Source of the DNA: the human T2T-CHM13v2.0 reference genome, Homo sapiens | Assembly: GCF_009914755.1 (NCBI RefSeq) | Contig: NC_060936.1 | Strand: one strand, 5' to 3' | Length of the DNA: 64,000 nucleotides | Translations under genes and position numbers: made by a program | In this document: piece by piece, positions 17,013 to 33,486 of the stretch | Layout: each line of letters starts with the position of its first letter | Position numbering within the stretch: the first letter of the stretch is position 1 | The notes under the pieces: generated by a model | What the model was told of the DNA's origin: nothing | What the model saw: only the letters and a program-made list of their open reading frames with translations | Databases searched by the model: none

Positions 17013-17336
17013 ATTATCACTGTGGCAAGCACTTAGAAGCACTTAACACTGCCCCTCCACCCCCGCCAATAACACAGTGAAGTAAGTGCATATACATTAT
17101 TTTGTTTCCTTTTTATAGAAACTTCTGAGGTAGGGATTCTTATTAGCCCCATTGTACAGATGGGGAAACAGGCTTAGAAAGTTAAAGTCTGAGCTCACAC
17201 AGCTGGTAAGGGATGGAGCCCATCTTTACAGGCAAGATCTCATTTAATCCTCTAAGAGCCCCATGAAGCAGGAGTTGCTGCCAGCCCCATTGAACAAGTG
17301 GGGAAACAAGATCCAAGGAGATCAATGGACACAATA

Positions 17337-17782
17337 CACTTGACCCTTGAACAATGTGGGAGTTAAGTTAACCCCCTGAGCAGCTGAAAATCTATGGTAT
17401 AACTTTTGATTCCCTAAAAACTTAACTACTATTAGCCTACTGTTGCCTGGAAGCCTTCCTGACAACATAAACAATCAATGAACACATCTTTTGTATACTT
17501 TAGGTATTATGTACTGTATTCTTACAATAAAGTAAGCTAGCTGAAAGAAAATTCAACATTTATTGAGAAAATCATAAGGAAGATAATATATATTTACTAT
17601 TCATTAAGTGGAAGTGGATCATCATGAAGGTCTTCATCCTCATGGTCTTCATGTTGAGTAGGCTGAGGAGGATGAGGAAGAGGAGCGGTTGGTCTTGCTG
17701 TCTCAGGGGTGGCAGAGGTGGAAGAAAATCCTCATATAAGTGGACCCACACAGTTCACACCCGTGTTGTTCACGGCCAATTG
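17337..17782. mobile_element. Tigger2a-like Tc1/mariner MITE
   Basis: TA then cacttgacccttgaaca ... tgttcacggccaattg TIRs, ~445 bp. Confidence 0.75.
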
Positions 17783-18327
17783 TGCATGGTATAAGTGCTG
17801 TGCAGAGGGATGACGGGAGCCCAGAGGTGGGACATCTGCCTGGTCTGAATGTAGGGGATGGACAGAGTATGTCTAAGCCCCAGGAATTTGGGGATTGCTC
17901 ATTTTAACAAATCAACTTAATTCCTACCTACCCTAAGCTTCCTTCCTCTATAGTATCTTATCTGAGCCTCATCCCAGCCCTGATGGATGGAGACACTGAA
18001 GTCTTAGAAGAGAATGCAGGGGTCAGGGCCAGAATGCAGGAGCATCCTCCTTCCCCCGACCTTGCCTTTATTCTTCTGGGACATGTCCTCCCATCCTAGC
18101 AATAACAATCCAGCCTTGATCCAGTGTGTACCATATGCCAGCACTTTATAGGTGGAATTGCATTTAAATCTCACCACCTCATGAAGCGGGTACTGTTCTT
18201 ATCCCCATTTGACAGGTGGGGAAACTGAGGCTCAGATAGGTTAAGAAACTTGCCTAAGGTCACATAGCCAGGAAGTGACATGGCCAGGTTTAAAACCCTG
18301 TCTCCCATCCCAGTACTCTTTCCATGA

Positions 18328-18675
<348 letters not shown>

Positions 18676-19998
18676 TGAGTAGCAAAGCCATTGCAGAGCA
18701 AGTAAAGTATGTTCCAGGGGTCATTCTCCCTTGGGTAGGGGCTCTGCCCATTTCTCCAACTCAGAAACCTGGGATCTGGGCAGCTGCCAATGCCAGAAGA
18801 GAAGCAGATGCCCTGATGATGCCCTTCATCTGCTCGAACACCTTCAGCGGCTCTCCCACTGCTGACTCTGGCTCACCTCCCCTACACATTTTATGCCCCA
18901 ACCACACACTCCTCATCTCTCAATAGAAATGAGTGGCTCTCTCCAAATTTTAGGACTAAGCACTTTGGAGAATATTCTCTGAAGCCCTGGCCCTCCCACC
19001 CTTCTCTCCCCTCAAGCTCACCGGCTGAGCATTGCTTTACTCTGGGGTTAATTCTCCTCTCTGGGGATTGGCCTACCCAGAGTATATGGCTGGAAATGGA
19101 AGTGTGCCTGCCTGGTTTTTGTTTTGTGCTTTGTATTAATTTGACATAGATGTCCTAAAGGCAAAGGTGGCAGTACATCTGTCAAATGATCTTCAGAAAA
19201 TGCCTGTTAAATACCCCTGCAAGTACCAAATGCGCCATGAGACAAAAGAGGACACATGTACGCACCTGTACACACCGCCCTCCACCCTCAACACACACGC
19301 GTATACTTTGTCTCACTCTTTTCTTTGGATCAAGGAAAGACAGTTCCTCACCTGGCCATGGCCAAATTATGAAGTGTTTGGCCCCTGCTCCTCCTCACTC
19401 CCCAGTGATGTTTGCTTCTCCTCTAGATGCCCTCCTTTACCCACTCCTAATAGCCAAAGCTGCTTTGCTGAAGAATCTAATGTGAATCATTTGCATGTTA
19501 GCATGAATGAGATTTGTCACCAGGCCACCTCTTCTGGGCATAGTTGCATTTCTAGCTTTCTCTTAGAGTAAAATGAAAAATGTTGGCCCCTCTAAGGAAT
19601 TTTAGGCATGAAGGGTACTATCTGGGGGGAACAGAGAGAACCATCCCAATATCCCCTGCCTAAATGGGAATGGGTGACTCTCATTTCTGTCTCCCTGACC
19701 TATAAATGATTTCTTCTCAAAGGAAGATGTCTCTGCTTTCTTAAGGGAAAGTTCAAGGAGGAGGCTTAGTGCATGGAGGGAGAGGGGACCCAGTGTCAAG
19801 CATTGATCCATTTTTCTGTGGCCATGATCCTAGAGGACATCCCCCACTCCCTGAGAACATGCATTTGGGAATAACTAAGCCCCTGGACACTCCTATGGGG
19901 AAAGCCACCCACCCACCCCACGTCAGCCCAAACGATGGGGTTCCAGGACTGGCTCCCCACTGAGGTAGGTGTCTCTGTCCATCTCTCTCGGGCTCTAG

Positions 19999-20217
<219 letters not shown>

Positions 20218-20512
20218 TAGTTTATTTTTTTCCTTCTTGTTTACTTTTACCAAAAAATGATATATATATTTGGTAGAACTTTTGGAAAATACAGATAAGT
20301 TGAAACTGTTTACTGTTAACATCTTGGTATCTGTTCGTTCAGGGGGTGTGTGTTGGGGGATGGTGCGTGTGTGGGTGTGTATGTAAAAGTTTTTTCCTAA
20401 TAAAATTGAGTGCTTATAAAAATGTTTATTACAATAGATCATCTCATTAGTACATCTGTATCACTTAAGAATACACTGATGCCATTTCACATTCTTCTAC
20501 AGTGTTGAATTA

Positions 20513-20560
20513 TTAGGCTGGTGTGAAAGTAATTGCAGTTTTTGCCATTAGAAGTAATGG
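20513..20560. mobile_element. Truncated MADE1 (Hsmar1 MITE)
   Basis: ttaggctggtgtgaaagtaattgcagtttttgccatta matches the Hsmar1 TIR; right TIR absent. Confidence 0.7.
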
Positions 20561-20589
20561 ATATATATATATATCCACTTTTATTTATC

Positions 20590-20711
20590 CAGTTTTATTT
20601 ATCCAGTTTACTGTTGATGTATTTGGGTGGTTTCTAGTTTGGGGCTATTACAAATAGTGCTGCTAGGAACATTCTAGTAGCTGTTTCTAGGTGCACAGGT
20701 GCACTTATTTC
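20590..20711 (+). repeat. Exact 122-bp direct duplicate of 21796-21917
   Basis: Compared base by base: 122/122 identical. Confidence 0.95.
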
Positions 20712-21419
20712 CATATATATATATATGTATGGAACTTGCCTTTTTTTCTTAACAATATATCTCAGTATTACAGCCATGAAAAGACATTTAAATCTACCTA
20801 ATTTTTAACTGCCTCAGAATATTCCACAGAATGGATTTATCACAGATTTTTTTAAATGTTCTTATCCTTAAATATTACAAATGAATAGAAAAGTGTAGAA
20901 TATACTAAAACAAACATCCATGAACCCACCCGATACTTGATCTGTTAAAAATCTTGCTATTTTGCTGTGTTTGCGTCAGCTCTTTTTTAAGAAATAAAGC
21001 ACCCCCGATGCAAGTTGAAGCTCCTTTTGTATATTCTATCTCCCACCCTGTCCTGTCCTCTTCCTTCTCTCCCAAGAGCTAGACACCATCCTGAATTCTT
21101 TGGGTATCATTCTCAAGTATGTCTTATACTTCATAATTATGTATCTATAAACAATGTACAGCATTGTTTGGCATGTTTTAAATTTTTGTGTAAATGTTTA
21201 CCAGTTTATTTAGCCAATTCCCTTTGGGTGGACATTTAAATTGTTTTCAGCTTTTTTCTATTACAAACAAAGTTGCAATGAGCAACTTTATTCTTCCTTG
21301 TGTACATATGAGTGTTTCCTTAGGACAGAAACCAAAGAGAATTATTACTGGATCATGGGATATGTGATGTTTTCCAAAACAATTTTACAAGACATGCAAA
21401 CTGCTTTCCCAATTGGCTG

Positions 21420-22690
21420 CAACATTATTCTAAGTAAATATTTTTATTGCGGCATAACATTCATTTAGCAAAATGCACATATAAATGCACAGATTGATGA
21501 ATTTTCACAATAGTGAACATACTGGGCTTAAGGAATGGAACATTCCTAGACTGCAGAAGACCCCCACTGTGGCCCCTTCTTATTGAATGCTCCCCTGGGG
21601 TATTCAATATCCTAACATCTTACAGGACAAGTTAATTTTGTCTGTTTTTGTACTTTATATAAATGAAATTTTATTGTGTGGCTCTTTTGTATCTATATTC
21701 TTTCATTTAACATTTTACATGTGTATTCATCTAAGTTGTGTGTAGTTGTAGATCATTCTTGTTGCTATTTAGTATTTTATTGCAGGAATATAATGCAGTT
21801 TTATTTATCCAGTTTACTGTTGATGTATTTGGGTGGTTTCTAGTTTGGGGCTATTACAAATAGTGCTGCTAGGAACATTCTAGTAGCTGTTTCTAGGTGC
21901 ACAGGTGCACTTATTTCTGTTGCATATATACCTAGAAGTGTAATGATTGAGCCATAAGATATGGGTACGTCCAGCTTTAATAGAAACTGCCAGTTTTCCA
22001 TAGTGGCTGTGCCAGTGTGCACTCCTATCAGCCATGCATGGGAGTTCCAGTTGCTTCACAGCCTCATCAACACTTTTTCATTTTGGCCATTCTGGTAGGT
22101 GTGCACTGGTGTTGCGTTGTGGTTCCAAATTTCCCTGATGACTAAGTACAACACTTTCTCTAATGTACACTATTACATTTTGTGGTTATTTCATAATTTT
22201 CTTAAGCAGTTCCTCCATTGTACAGTATTTGTTATTTCTGCTTTTTTCATAGTTATAAACAATATTGTGACAAACATCTTTGTAGTTAAATATATTTCTA
22301 ATTTTTTGAGGGTACATAGTAGGTGTATATATTAATATTCATGAGGTATATAGGATAATTTGATACAGGTATACAGTGTGTAATAATCGCATCATGAGTT
22401 TTTTAAATGGGTTAAAATAAATGTCTTTTTTAATCACCTCAAGCATTTATCCCTGTGTTATAAACAATCAAATTATACTCTTTTCACTATTTTTAAATGT
22501 ACAATTAAATTATTATGGACTATAGTCACCCTGTTGTGCTATCAAATATTAGATCTCATTTATTCCTTCTAACTATTTTTTGGACCCATTGTAGTTAAAT
22601 ATTTTTGTACTTGCCTTATGATATATTTGAGGTAAATTCCTATAAGTGGTGCTACAGGGTCAAAAACAGTGATTATTCTCTTATGTCTTT
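21420..22690 (-). mobile_element. Old L1M fragments
   Basis: Degenerate antisense L1 3' motifs; limits approximate. Confidence 0.55.
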
Positions 22691-22988
22691 GGAGATGCGT
22701 TGCCCTGAAGAAGGATGATATTGTTCACACCCCAACCAGCTCAGTAGAGACAAGTTTTTTCTCCAGTGTTAGACAGTGCAGGACTCAGCTATGAGGGTGT
22801 TTGGGCCCTCCAGGACTTTGAACATTTGTTCAACTAATGTTGGTGGCCAAGGAGTGCGGTACTTTTACAGTCCCTTCCTGTCCCCCAAGAATGCCTCCCA
22901 TGCCTTGCAGGACAATAAGCCCTTTCCTCTCTTAGTGTTTGTCAGGATGAATTATCATGCCGTGACTGGTCCTTTTGGTCTCCTATGG

Positions 22989-23329
22989 CAGCAGTTCCCA
23001 ATCTTTCTGGCACCAGGGAACAGTTTTGTGGAAGACAGTTTTTCCATGAACTGGGGTAGGGAGAAGGATGGTTACAGGATGAAACTGTTCCACCTTGGAT
23101 CATCAGGCATTAGATTTTCATAAGGAGCGTGCAAACTAGATCCCTCACATGTGCAGTTCACAATAGGGTTTATGCTTCTGTAAGAATCTAATGCTGCCAC
23201 TGATCTGACAGGAGGCGGAGCTGAAGTGGTAATGCTTGCTCACCTGCTGCTCACCTCCTCCTGTGCAGCCAGGTTCCTAACAGGCCACAGACTGGTACTG
23301 GTCCATGGCCTGAGGGTTGGAGACTCTTG
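22989..23329. mobile_element. MER1B-like hAT-Charlie MITE
   Basis: Consensus-like body; 8-bp TSD tcctatgg (22981-22988) / tcctaagg (23330-23337). Confidence 0.8.
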
Positions 23330-23574
23330 TCCTAAGGGACATTTCTTATGACCTGCCTTTTTTGTGCCACTGTTACTCAATGCTGTGTAAGGTAGATAAC
23401 AAAAGGCAATATATTACTATAGGATTCAGGGAGACCTGGATTCAAACCCTGGTTCTACCTCTTATTAGGGAAAAATTATTTAATCTTTCTGGGCCCCAGT
23501 ATCTTCTCTAAATGGTAAATGCAGTTGTTTTGAAATAGGAAAAATTAAATGAGAAAAGTTCCTAGCCTGACTTT

Positions 23575-24345
23575 GCAAAAGAGGATGCTCAAATGGCCAT
23601 AAAGTATATGAGAAGGGGCTCAACTGTTTTAATCATCAGGGAAATGTAAATTAAAACTAGTGACATACTATGACCCATCCAGAAAGGCTAAAATTAGAGA
23701 CTGACATAATTGAAGTCAAAGAGAATAAAGAGTGACCAGAACCTTTATAAACTGCTGGTAGGGACATAATTGGTGGAACTGCCTTGGAAAACTGTTTTGA
23801 AGTTTCTACTGAAGCTAAACTTATGCCTAGTCCATGGCCAGCAACCCTACTCCTAGGAAAATACTCAATAGAAATATGTACATGTATATCCGAAAGACAT
23901 GAACATAAATATTCCATAGCAGCGTTATTCATAATAACTCAAAACTAGAAACAACCTGTATCAACAGCAGAATTATTATGGTACATTTACACAGTGGAAT
24001 ACTATGCAGCAATAAAAAGGATAAGTTATACTGTGCATGGATGCATCTCACAGACATAATCTTGAGCAAGAGAAGCCAACATAAAAGAGTCTATATTATA
24101 TGATTCCATTTATATGAAGGTCAAAAACCAGACAAATGACTTCATGTGGCCAGAGGCAAAAGAGTGGCTATCTTTGAGACAGGCAGTGACTAGAAAGGAT
24201 CCTGAGGATCTTTCAGTCTCTGGAATGTTTTATATCTTGACCTGGGTGGGAATTACATGGGTATATACAAATGCAAGGGTTCATCAAGCTATAAACTAAA
24301 TTTATGTGCTTTACTGCATGTCAGTTATACTGCAATAAAGAAGAA
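23575..24345 (+). mobile_element. Old L1M 3' fragment
   Basis: ORF2 C-terminal-like and 3'UTR motifs ending in aataaa. Confidence 0.6.
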
Positions 24346-24458
24346 GTTAAAGGTACTTGGTCCAGTGATAAATAAACAGGAAATCATATTATTTCCACAT
24401 ACATTACACATTCCTTACCAGTATCAGCTGCAACTCTTGGCACACAGTGGTGTCTTAA

Positions 24459-24653
<195 letters not shown>

Positions 24654-26729
24654 TGATGGGAGGAGGGGAGATTGGGGGAGCTGCCTTCCTCTGGGTCTGA
24701 ATTGGGGGAAATAGATCCACGGGGTATTGGGTAGCAGAGGCACTGCAGCAGGTCTGCAGAGGAGAGTCAAGATTCCAGCTCACAACCTCAGGCTGCATTC
24801 TCTCTCTGCCTTTCACAAACCCTGTGTCAGCATCACTTCGAACATGAGTTCTTCTTGGCCAAACTGGATGGACAGCATGGCAGGGGCAGCATGGGCTTCC
24901 TGGGTTCAGAGCCAGCTCTGCCACTTGCTGCTCCATGGCCTTGGCCAAGGGGCTGAACCACTCCGAGCCTCGGTGTTCTTGTCTGTAATGTGGGTGTTAT
25001 AACAGTACCTGCCTCTTGGGAGGGTTGTGTTTTAAAAAATAACATAATCAAAATAGAACTTAATGCATAGTAAGCACTCATAAATTAACAGTTGTTAGTG
25101 TAGGAAATATTGCTGCCTTACCCACCTGTCAGTCATGAAGTCAGAAAGCACCATGTAGATAAACAGCAGACAGCATAGCCTAGAGTTTAAGAGTATGGGC
25201 TCTGCAGCCAGACTCTCGGGTGTGAATCCTGGCTCTGCCACTTAGGGTATAACCTGAGGCAAATTATTTAATTTCTCTGGGCCTCAGATGTCTCATCTGT
25301 AAAATGGGATACTGTAGTACTAACCTCATAGGATCTTTTAAGGATTGAATGTGATAATACATATGAAGTATTAGAACTGTCATTGTTGTTGTCAGATGTG
25401 ATTCTTGCTCTTTGAGAAAATAGCAAGGATCAAAGTGAGGTTCTGCAATGGGGTTGCACCTCAGAATTAACCGGGGGATTCTAAAACCAGAGCTTTACAA
25501 GCTAAGATTTGTGGGGGTCTCCCCTGGAGATTCTGTTTTAGTGGGGTAGGGTAGGACTCAACAATCTATATTTTTAGAGATAATTCAGGCTGCCTTGCCT
25601 TACGTATGGGCCAACTTGGGCCCAGAAAGGGTAGCAAGTCTCCAAGGTCTCTGGGCACTGGCCAGAGTCCAGCTCTCCTACAACACCAGCACCCCTGGTC
25701 TCTCTGGGCAGCCTGCCTGCTCTCCACAGGGAAGCTATGGGGTGCAGGAGCATCTTCCCACCAGATGGCCAGCCTGAGGATGGAATGTCTGCATGCCATG
25801 CCATAGTTTTATAGTTCAGGCAAAGGAACAAGACCAAACAAGGAAAATTTCAAGGAAGGATTTCCACTGAATTCCAGGCTCAGAATAAATCCTTAAAGAC
25901 ATCCCTAGGAATGAGGCCCTTCTTCTGGGCTTTTGCCTGGTGACAGCTGGGTCTTCAGGCTTCTCTTCCTTCTCCAACTCCGTGAGTCCAGTTGGCCAGG
26001 ACAATGGCCAGGCCCTTGCCTGTGTCATCAGCCTTTGGGTCTTCCCATCTTGCTATGGTGAATGCAGCCAGCCCCAGAGACATGGAGGTGCAGGACACCC
26101 AGAGGGCTGCAGCAGCCGCAGAACACTACTGATCATCTTCTTTTGCTCTTTGCCATTAAACCTTAACCCTTGCACCACGAACTTCCCCCATTATGTCCCA
26201 CTGAGGGCCCCTCCCCTCTGGACCTCAGGTTTCCTCCTCTCCAAAGTGGGGAGGTTGGATTTAACCAATGGTTTTCTAACTCTGTTTCCCAGAGCCTAGA
26301 GTTCAGCAAAAGGGCCCCAGGGGCCATGAAGGCAAAAGCACCTGGTGGGTCAGACCCCAAGACCCCTGAGCCACTTCAACCAGAGAAAATGAAATCTTGT
26401 CTGTTTGTGTGTGGAATGCTCTGACACTTATTGGCTGTGTGACCTTGGGTAAGGGGCTTAACTACTCGGACCCTCAGCATCCTCATTTGTAAAATTGGAA
26501 TTGTAACAGAACCTATATCATAGGTTGTTACACATTCACATAGCTTGCCATATGGCTAAGTTTTATAAATTTTAGCTAAAAGGGAGAATGCAGGAGAGCC
26601 ACAGTAGCTTAAGAACCCACTTTCATGGCTCTGGATGGTAATGGAAGTATGAGGGGTTTCTGGTCCTTCTTGCGCAGGAAGATGAGCTCCATAGACAATG
26701 TTATCTTTTATTTGTTTTCTTCTTTTAAG

Positions 26730-26786
26730 ATGAAACGTGCTGGGACCACCGGGTCAGCCCGAGGCATGGCCCTTTATGAGGAAGAG
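26730..26786 (+). CDS. RPH3A: RPH3A C2A-C2B linker exon (MKRAGTTGSARGMALYEEE)
   Basis: taag| ... |gtgagc, 57 bp. Confidence 0.93.
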
Positions 26787-27413
26787 GTGAGCACTGAGCA
26801 GGAATTGAAGCCACAGTCAGGGTCTGTACTGGGCTAGGCTAGCATCTTCCTCTTCTCTCCCTCCCTGGCCCCTTCCTCATCCATTCTCTTCCAACCACCC
26901 CCCTGTTGATTTGCCTTGAGAACAACCCTTTGCCCACAAGTGATGTCCTCTCCACACCTAAGCCTCTGAGGAGGGGGAAGCCCCTTTCTCTCATACCCAG
27001 GATGCCCACCAGGTTTTTGGCCTTGTTGTCAGAAGCTTTGTTGACAATTCTACTGACTAGGGCAATGGCACACTCCTTTCTTGGAGTAGATGCATTCTTT
27101 GAGCTGTGTGCATGGCAGAAACTGAACTAAGCCTTCATGCTGTCTGCCTGGGTCCCTCATATGACCCCAAGGACTGCCCTTTAAGAATACTGGTTGTGTT
27201 AAGGGAGTCTGAGATCAGAGGCAAGAATCTGTCTGGGGCCAGGGTCAAGGCTCAGTCCTGGGTTAGAGCCAAAGCCAATCAGTGACCCGGAGCAAGTTTA
27301 GTCTGTGCTCACAGTCAGAGTCTGTTTATGTCTAAGTCAAAGGGAAGCCATTGGTCCCCATGTGCCTGAGACTGGTCCTCAACTTTCACCTTTGGCTCCT
27401 CTTTGGAGGCTAA

Positions 27414-27710
<297 letters not shown>

Positions 27711-28176
27711 TAAGTCAATGCCTTGGGGCTACAGGTGGGCCCTGAAGGAGTCCTGGAGCCTTGGAAAAGGAGAACCAGACAGTTTCACCAAGATCGTTGT
27801 ACACTGAGACCCAGAGAGGGCAAGGAACCTGCCCAAGGTCACAGTGAAACAAATGCCTACAACTGGCAAGAATGTGGGTCTGGAGTCTCAGGCAGTCAAA
27901 CTGGTGTGTCACTTGCCCACAGGCAAAGCTCTGTGGCTCTGTCCTCTTGAGGGCCTGCTGATGGCTCTGCAACTAAGCTAATTAGTTATAGTAGCCCCAT
28001 TTGTACTCCCAGGAGTTGGCCGCACACCCCTCGGACCGCTCAGACCTCCACCACCAAAGAGGCCATCTGGCATTTTCCAGATTCATTCTGGAAATGCTCA
28101 GAAAAAAAACATGCCTTCAGTCTGGGGTCTGTTCCAGCAATCTCATCATGGAGAATAAAAGGGACTCTGTTATCTG

Positions 28177-29412
28177 TGTTAGTCCAGATCCTCTGAGAAG
28201 AAGATGCCAAAATAGGATTAAGCAGACAAGGGGTTTATCAGGGGAAATGCCCATTCCAGGAAGTCTGCAGGGAGTCAGGGGAGAAAGGGAGAGATGTTAG
28301 ACTACAATGCAAGTCTGACCTGAGTGAGGGGACTAGATAGAGAAGTTGGAGGGAAGCATTCCAGATACAAGTTCAGTAAGGCCACCAGGGAGTCCTCAAG
28401 CCAAAACTGGCCATCAGACATGTCCTGTATCTCATAGGAGTGGGCCGACCTTAGCATCCCTGCCAGGCCCAGTCATTGGCTGGGAGCATGGCCTTGGCAC
28501 AAATATGTCATGGACTTCCAAGCACTGCATCCAGGGCCTTGGTCAGTTACGCTTCCTGTAGCTGGAGGTCTGCCAGGTGCAATCTCATAGCCACCGCTGT
28601 GTCAGACATCAGGCCCTATTCTCATCTCTGCCAGCTGCTGGCTGTGGACTCTAAGCAAGTTATTTAGCTTCTCATTCAGTTTCTTCATTGGTAAAATGGA
28701 GACAAGAGTTCCACTTATCTCCAAGGTGGGCTTAAGGCTCAAATGAGATAGCACAAAGAAAGCAAACAGAATCGAGCCTGGTACAGAAATGTTTAGCACC
28801 TCAGTAGAATTCTGCTGGCCTTGGGGCAGCAACATGTATGTTTCTGTGGATGTGGATCTCCATGGAGCATGGAGTCTCCAGTATGCTCTAGCTATGTGAC
28901 CTGGGGCTCATAGCTTAACATCTCTAGGCCTCAGTGTGCTCATCTGCAAAATGGACAGAGTAATACTGTAATACTGTATATTAGTTCAGGTCCTCCAAGA
29001 AGGAAACACCAAGAGAAGATACAGGTGTGCCTGTAGAGGAGATAAGGAGGAATCCAGAGGGGACCCATAGAGACCACAGACCTTGCTACAGGTATGACCC
29101 CTGTGGAGCAGAGAAGGAAGGAAGTTTGGGTAGAAACAATCTTAGGCTACAGTGCAGCTCCAAGGAAGCTGCACTATTTCATCCAAGGTGATGGAGAATC
29201 CTTGAGCACAGTCACCCATCAGAGGAGTCCTGCATTTCCCAGAAATGGGGCTGCCTAGTGTCCCTGCTAGCGTCAGTTATTGGCTAAGAACACTTGTGGG
29301 AAGCGTGGCTTCAGCAAGAACATCATGAATACAGAGCCCAGTAGCTTGTTCATCAGTTTTACCCCCTGCAACTGGAGAATGCAGGCTGAGAGGTACATTT
29401 TCAAGGGGTCTG
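28177..29412. mobile_element. Two related ancient ERVL-type LTR remnants (LTR16-like, ~28177-28597 and ~28976-29412) separated by MIR pieces
   Basis: Similar starts tgtgttagtccagatcctctgagaag / tgtatattagttcaggtcctccaagaag and similar internal motifs. Confidence 0.45.
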
Positions 29413-30243
29413 GTACACAGTAAATGCTAATAAATACCTGCCATTATGGTTATAAATAACCACCATCACTGTCCTTACTCATGGCAGAGAGTATTTACTA
29501 ATATCCCCTCCAGTTGGGAGACACTCCCCCCACCTCCACTGCCTCTGATAACAGAAAGCAATACTTCCCTTTAGTCCATGGCCAAAGAACAGATCCATGT
29601 GGGCTGTCTTTCACATTTCCTTTGAATGAAGATTTAGTTAACAAAGAACACACAGGTCAGGGACAAGTTTGGTTTCTAAGAGTAATTTGATTTTATTTCC
29701 TCGTATGACCCAAGAGAGGAAATGAGCTCAAGGGGTGCTGTCCAGCACTCCATTAGAGGTCAGCCATGTGCAGATTGGTTTTCTTAAATAATTCTCTCTA
29801 CCACCCCCTCCCCCACCTACCCAATCCTTCCAGAAGAAGTAGAATTGCCGTGGTCACTACTGAAGCAGCTGACCTGCTGGGTGCAGTTATGGGAGAAAAA
29901 ATGGGAGACCACTAAGCAGTTTCTGATCAAATAAAGATTTTTTAAAAGCCAGAACTTCCCATTATTTTTGCTTAGCTCTTTGGTAACTTCTAATTCCTCA
30001 TTTTTGTCTCTTCTTAAAAATTATCCTCAAAACCACTTCTGTAGATGAGAATGAAATGTTCGCCCTCTTTACAGGTCAAGAAACAGAGGCACGGTAAAGT
30101 TACGCTCATGTTTAAAGTTGCTCCGCTGGTGACAACCTGAATCAGAATCCAAATGTCCCAGCCCTTAGGAGTGTTTAGCCCATTGTGTTTACTCACCCAG
30201 GAAATATTTTGTTTTGTTTGGTTTGTGTTTTGTTCTCTCTCTC

Positions 30244-30535
<292 letters not shown>

Positions 30536-31263
30536 CACCCAGAAAATATTGATTGAGTACCTACTATGTGCCAGACACTGGGCCTCACTGGAAAAGAGCC
30601 CTGTAGGCAGAAGAAACAGTTTGCTCAAAGGCCCTTGGGTGGAAAGGAGAAGTAAGGAGTGGGGTGAGGAGGATGGCATAAGGTTAGGTTGGGATGGAGC
30701 AGAAACCCAACACACACGGTCTTAAGGCCACATGAAGGATTTTGAACTCTCCCCTGAGTTTAAAAGGAACCCAGTACACAGTTTTGAGAAGTGGAGTGAC
30801 AATAATCAGATTTGCATCTTCCCCTTTCTGTGCATACACCCAGCCTCTCTCTAGGGATTGGGGGCAGCCTAAGGTGGGATAGATGGTAAAATGCCAGGCA
30901 CCACCAGCCATGGCCATCAATTTGACTTATGGGGAGAAAGTGAGCATGCTAAGAACACAGACTCTAGATGCAACATCTGGATTCAATCCCAGCTGTGTGA
31001 GCTAGGGCACACTTCTGCCTCTCTGGATCTCAGTTTCTGTTTCTGTAAACTGAGTGGTTGTGGTTCTACTGCCTAGGGTCATGTGGGGATTAAATATGCC
31101 TAAGTTGCTCAGTCAAGTGCCTGGTACCAAGCAGATGCTCTAATGCATATTGGTCATTATCAATGTTGATCCCTTTCTGATTTATTCATCAATTCACCCT
31201 GATAAAGAAGGGGCCTTTGGGGTCAAGAGGCTGTTCTTATTCATTAAACGTCATCCATAATAG

Positions 31264-31413
<150 letters not shown>

Positions 31414-31758
31414 TAGAGAGGCACAAATAGCCACATAGCCATTAAATATGTGGCCACATAGCCATTAAATGCAGCCATTTGAAATGATGATGTAGAAAAA
31501 TATTTGAAAAATATTTGAGAACATGCTAAGTTGGTTTTTGCCCAAAGTTGTAAATGAAAAAGGAAGTGACAATACTGTATGTTCAGCATTACTTAGTTAA
31601 CAAAAAATTTATACATCACTGTGAACACATGTGGGGGAATGTTGACATGGTTATTCTTGGGTAGTTGGATTACCGGGAATTGGGGGTGGGGGTTCTTCTT
31701 TGTTTTAGCAATGAACATAAAATGAATTTTGTAATTAGGCAGAGAAGCTATTTTTTAA

Positions 31759-32106
<348 letters not shown>

Positions 32107-32401
32107 CACTTCAACTACTTTTATTCCTAAGCAATAAAAAAGGGGATGCCCCTTCATAAACTACCAGAGGGGAAGGACTATGTTCATGGCCATTTACCTA
32201 CAAGGAAACTTGAGCTCTATTAGAAAAACCTCACCAGCCTTCCCAATTTCAAGCAGAGAATTCACTGAAAAGAGGATGACAGTGCTTTGTTACACAGAGT
32301 GTTTGTTGGAAGGGGATCACGGGACCTGGGGCAGAGGATCGGCACGGGAAGACCTCCTTGCTCCCAGAATGCCAGCTCAAGGACCTCTCCTTGGCCCATA
32401 A

Positions 32402-32590
<189 letters not shown>

Positions 32591-33234
32591 TAACTCCAGA
32601 GAAAACGCCCTCTTCTGTCCTCCCCAGAACAGGAGAGCCTTATCCAGGGCTACAGAGAGTTGAGGTCATTGCTATTCTTTTGGCAACCTCATTGTTCAAA
32701 TGCTAAATTGAGACCCATGATCTTGACCTTGGTCCAATTTGGGGATGTCTTTACATGAAAAGCCTTACAAAACTTGATTATTTGTTGAACAAATCACCTC
32801 CAGTGGGGTAATTAAATCACAGGAGAGATTTGCGTTCTCTGCAGAAAGCAGGGTGCAAAAGAATTCTTAATTTATTTGCATGTCCAGGATAAAATTTTTA
32901 ATTTTTTAGTTCCTGTTTGAATCATGAGGAAGAAAATCAATTAAAGATGAAGCAGGGGGGTGGGGACTCCAGGCAAGGGACAGAGCCTGAGCTAAGGGGT
33001 AAAGACAGGATTGAGCAGGATGATGAACCTTTTTGGAAATAGACAATGAGTTCCCAGAAGTAGTGGGAGATAAGTTTCAGTGAGTAGAATGGTGATTTGT
33101 AGAAAGCCTTTAAAAATAGACAGTGAAATTATGACTCAGTGGAACAGTAGGGAGCCATTGCAGGTTCTTGAGGCAGAGAAGGACCGTAATAATAATAACA
33201 ACAACAGCAGCAACGTTATAACAACTCTCTATAG

Positions 33235-33486
<252 letters not shown>

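Noticed and set aside
19139-19187. Short imperfect hairpin (atttgacatagatgt ... acatctgtcaaat)
   Set aside because: The stem is too short to support a miRNA or ncRNA call without conservation data
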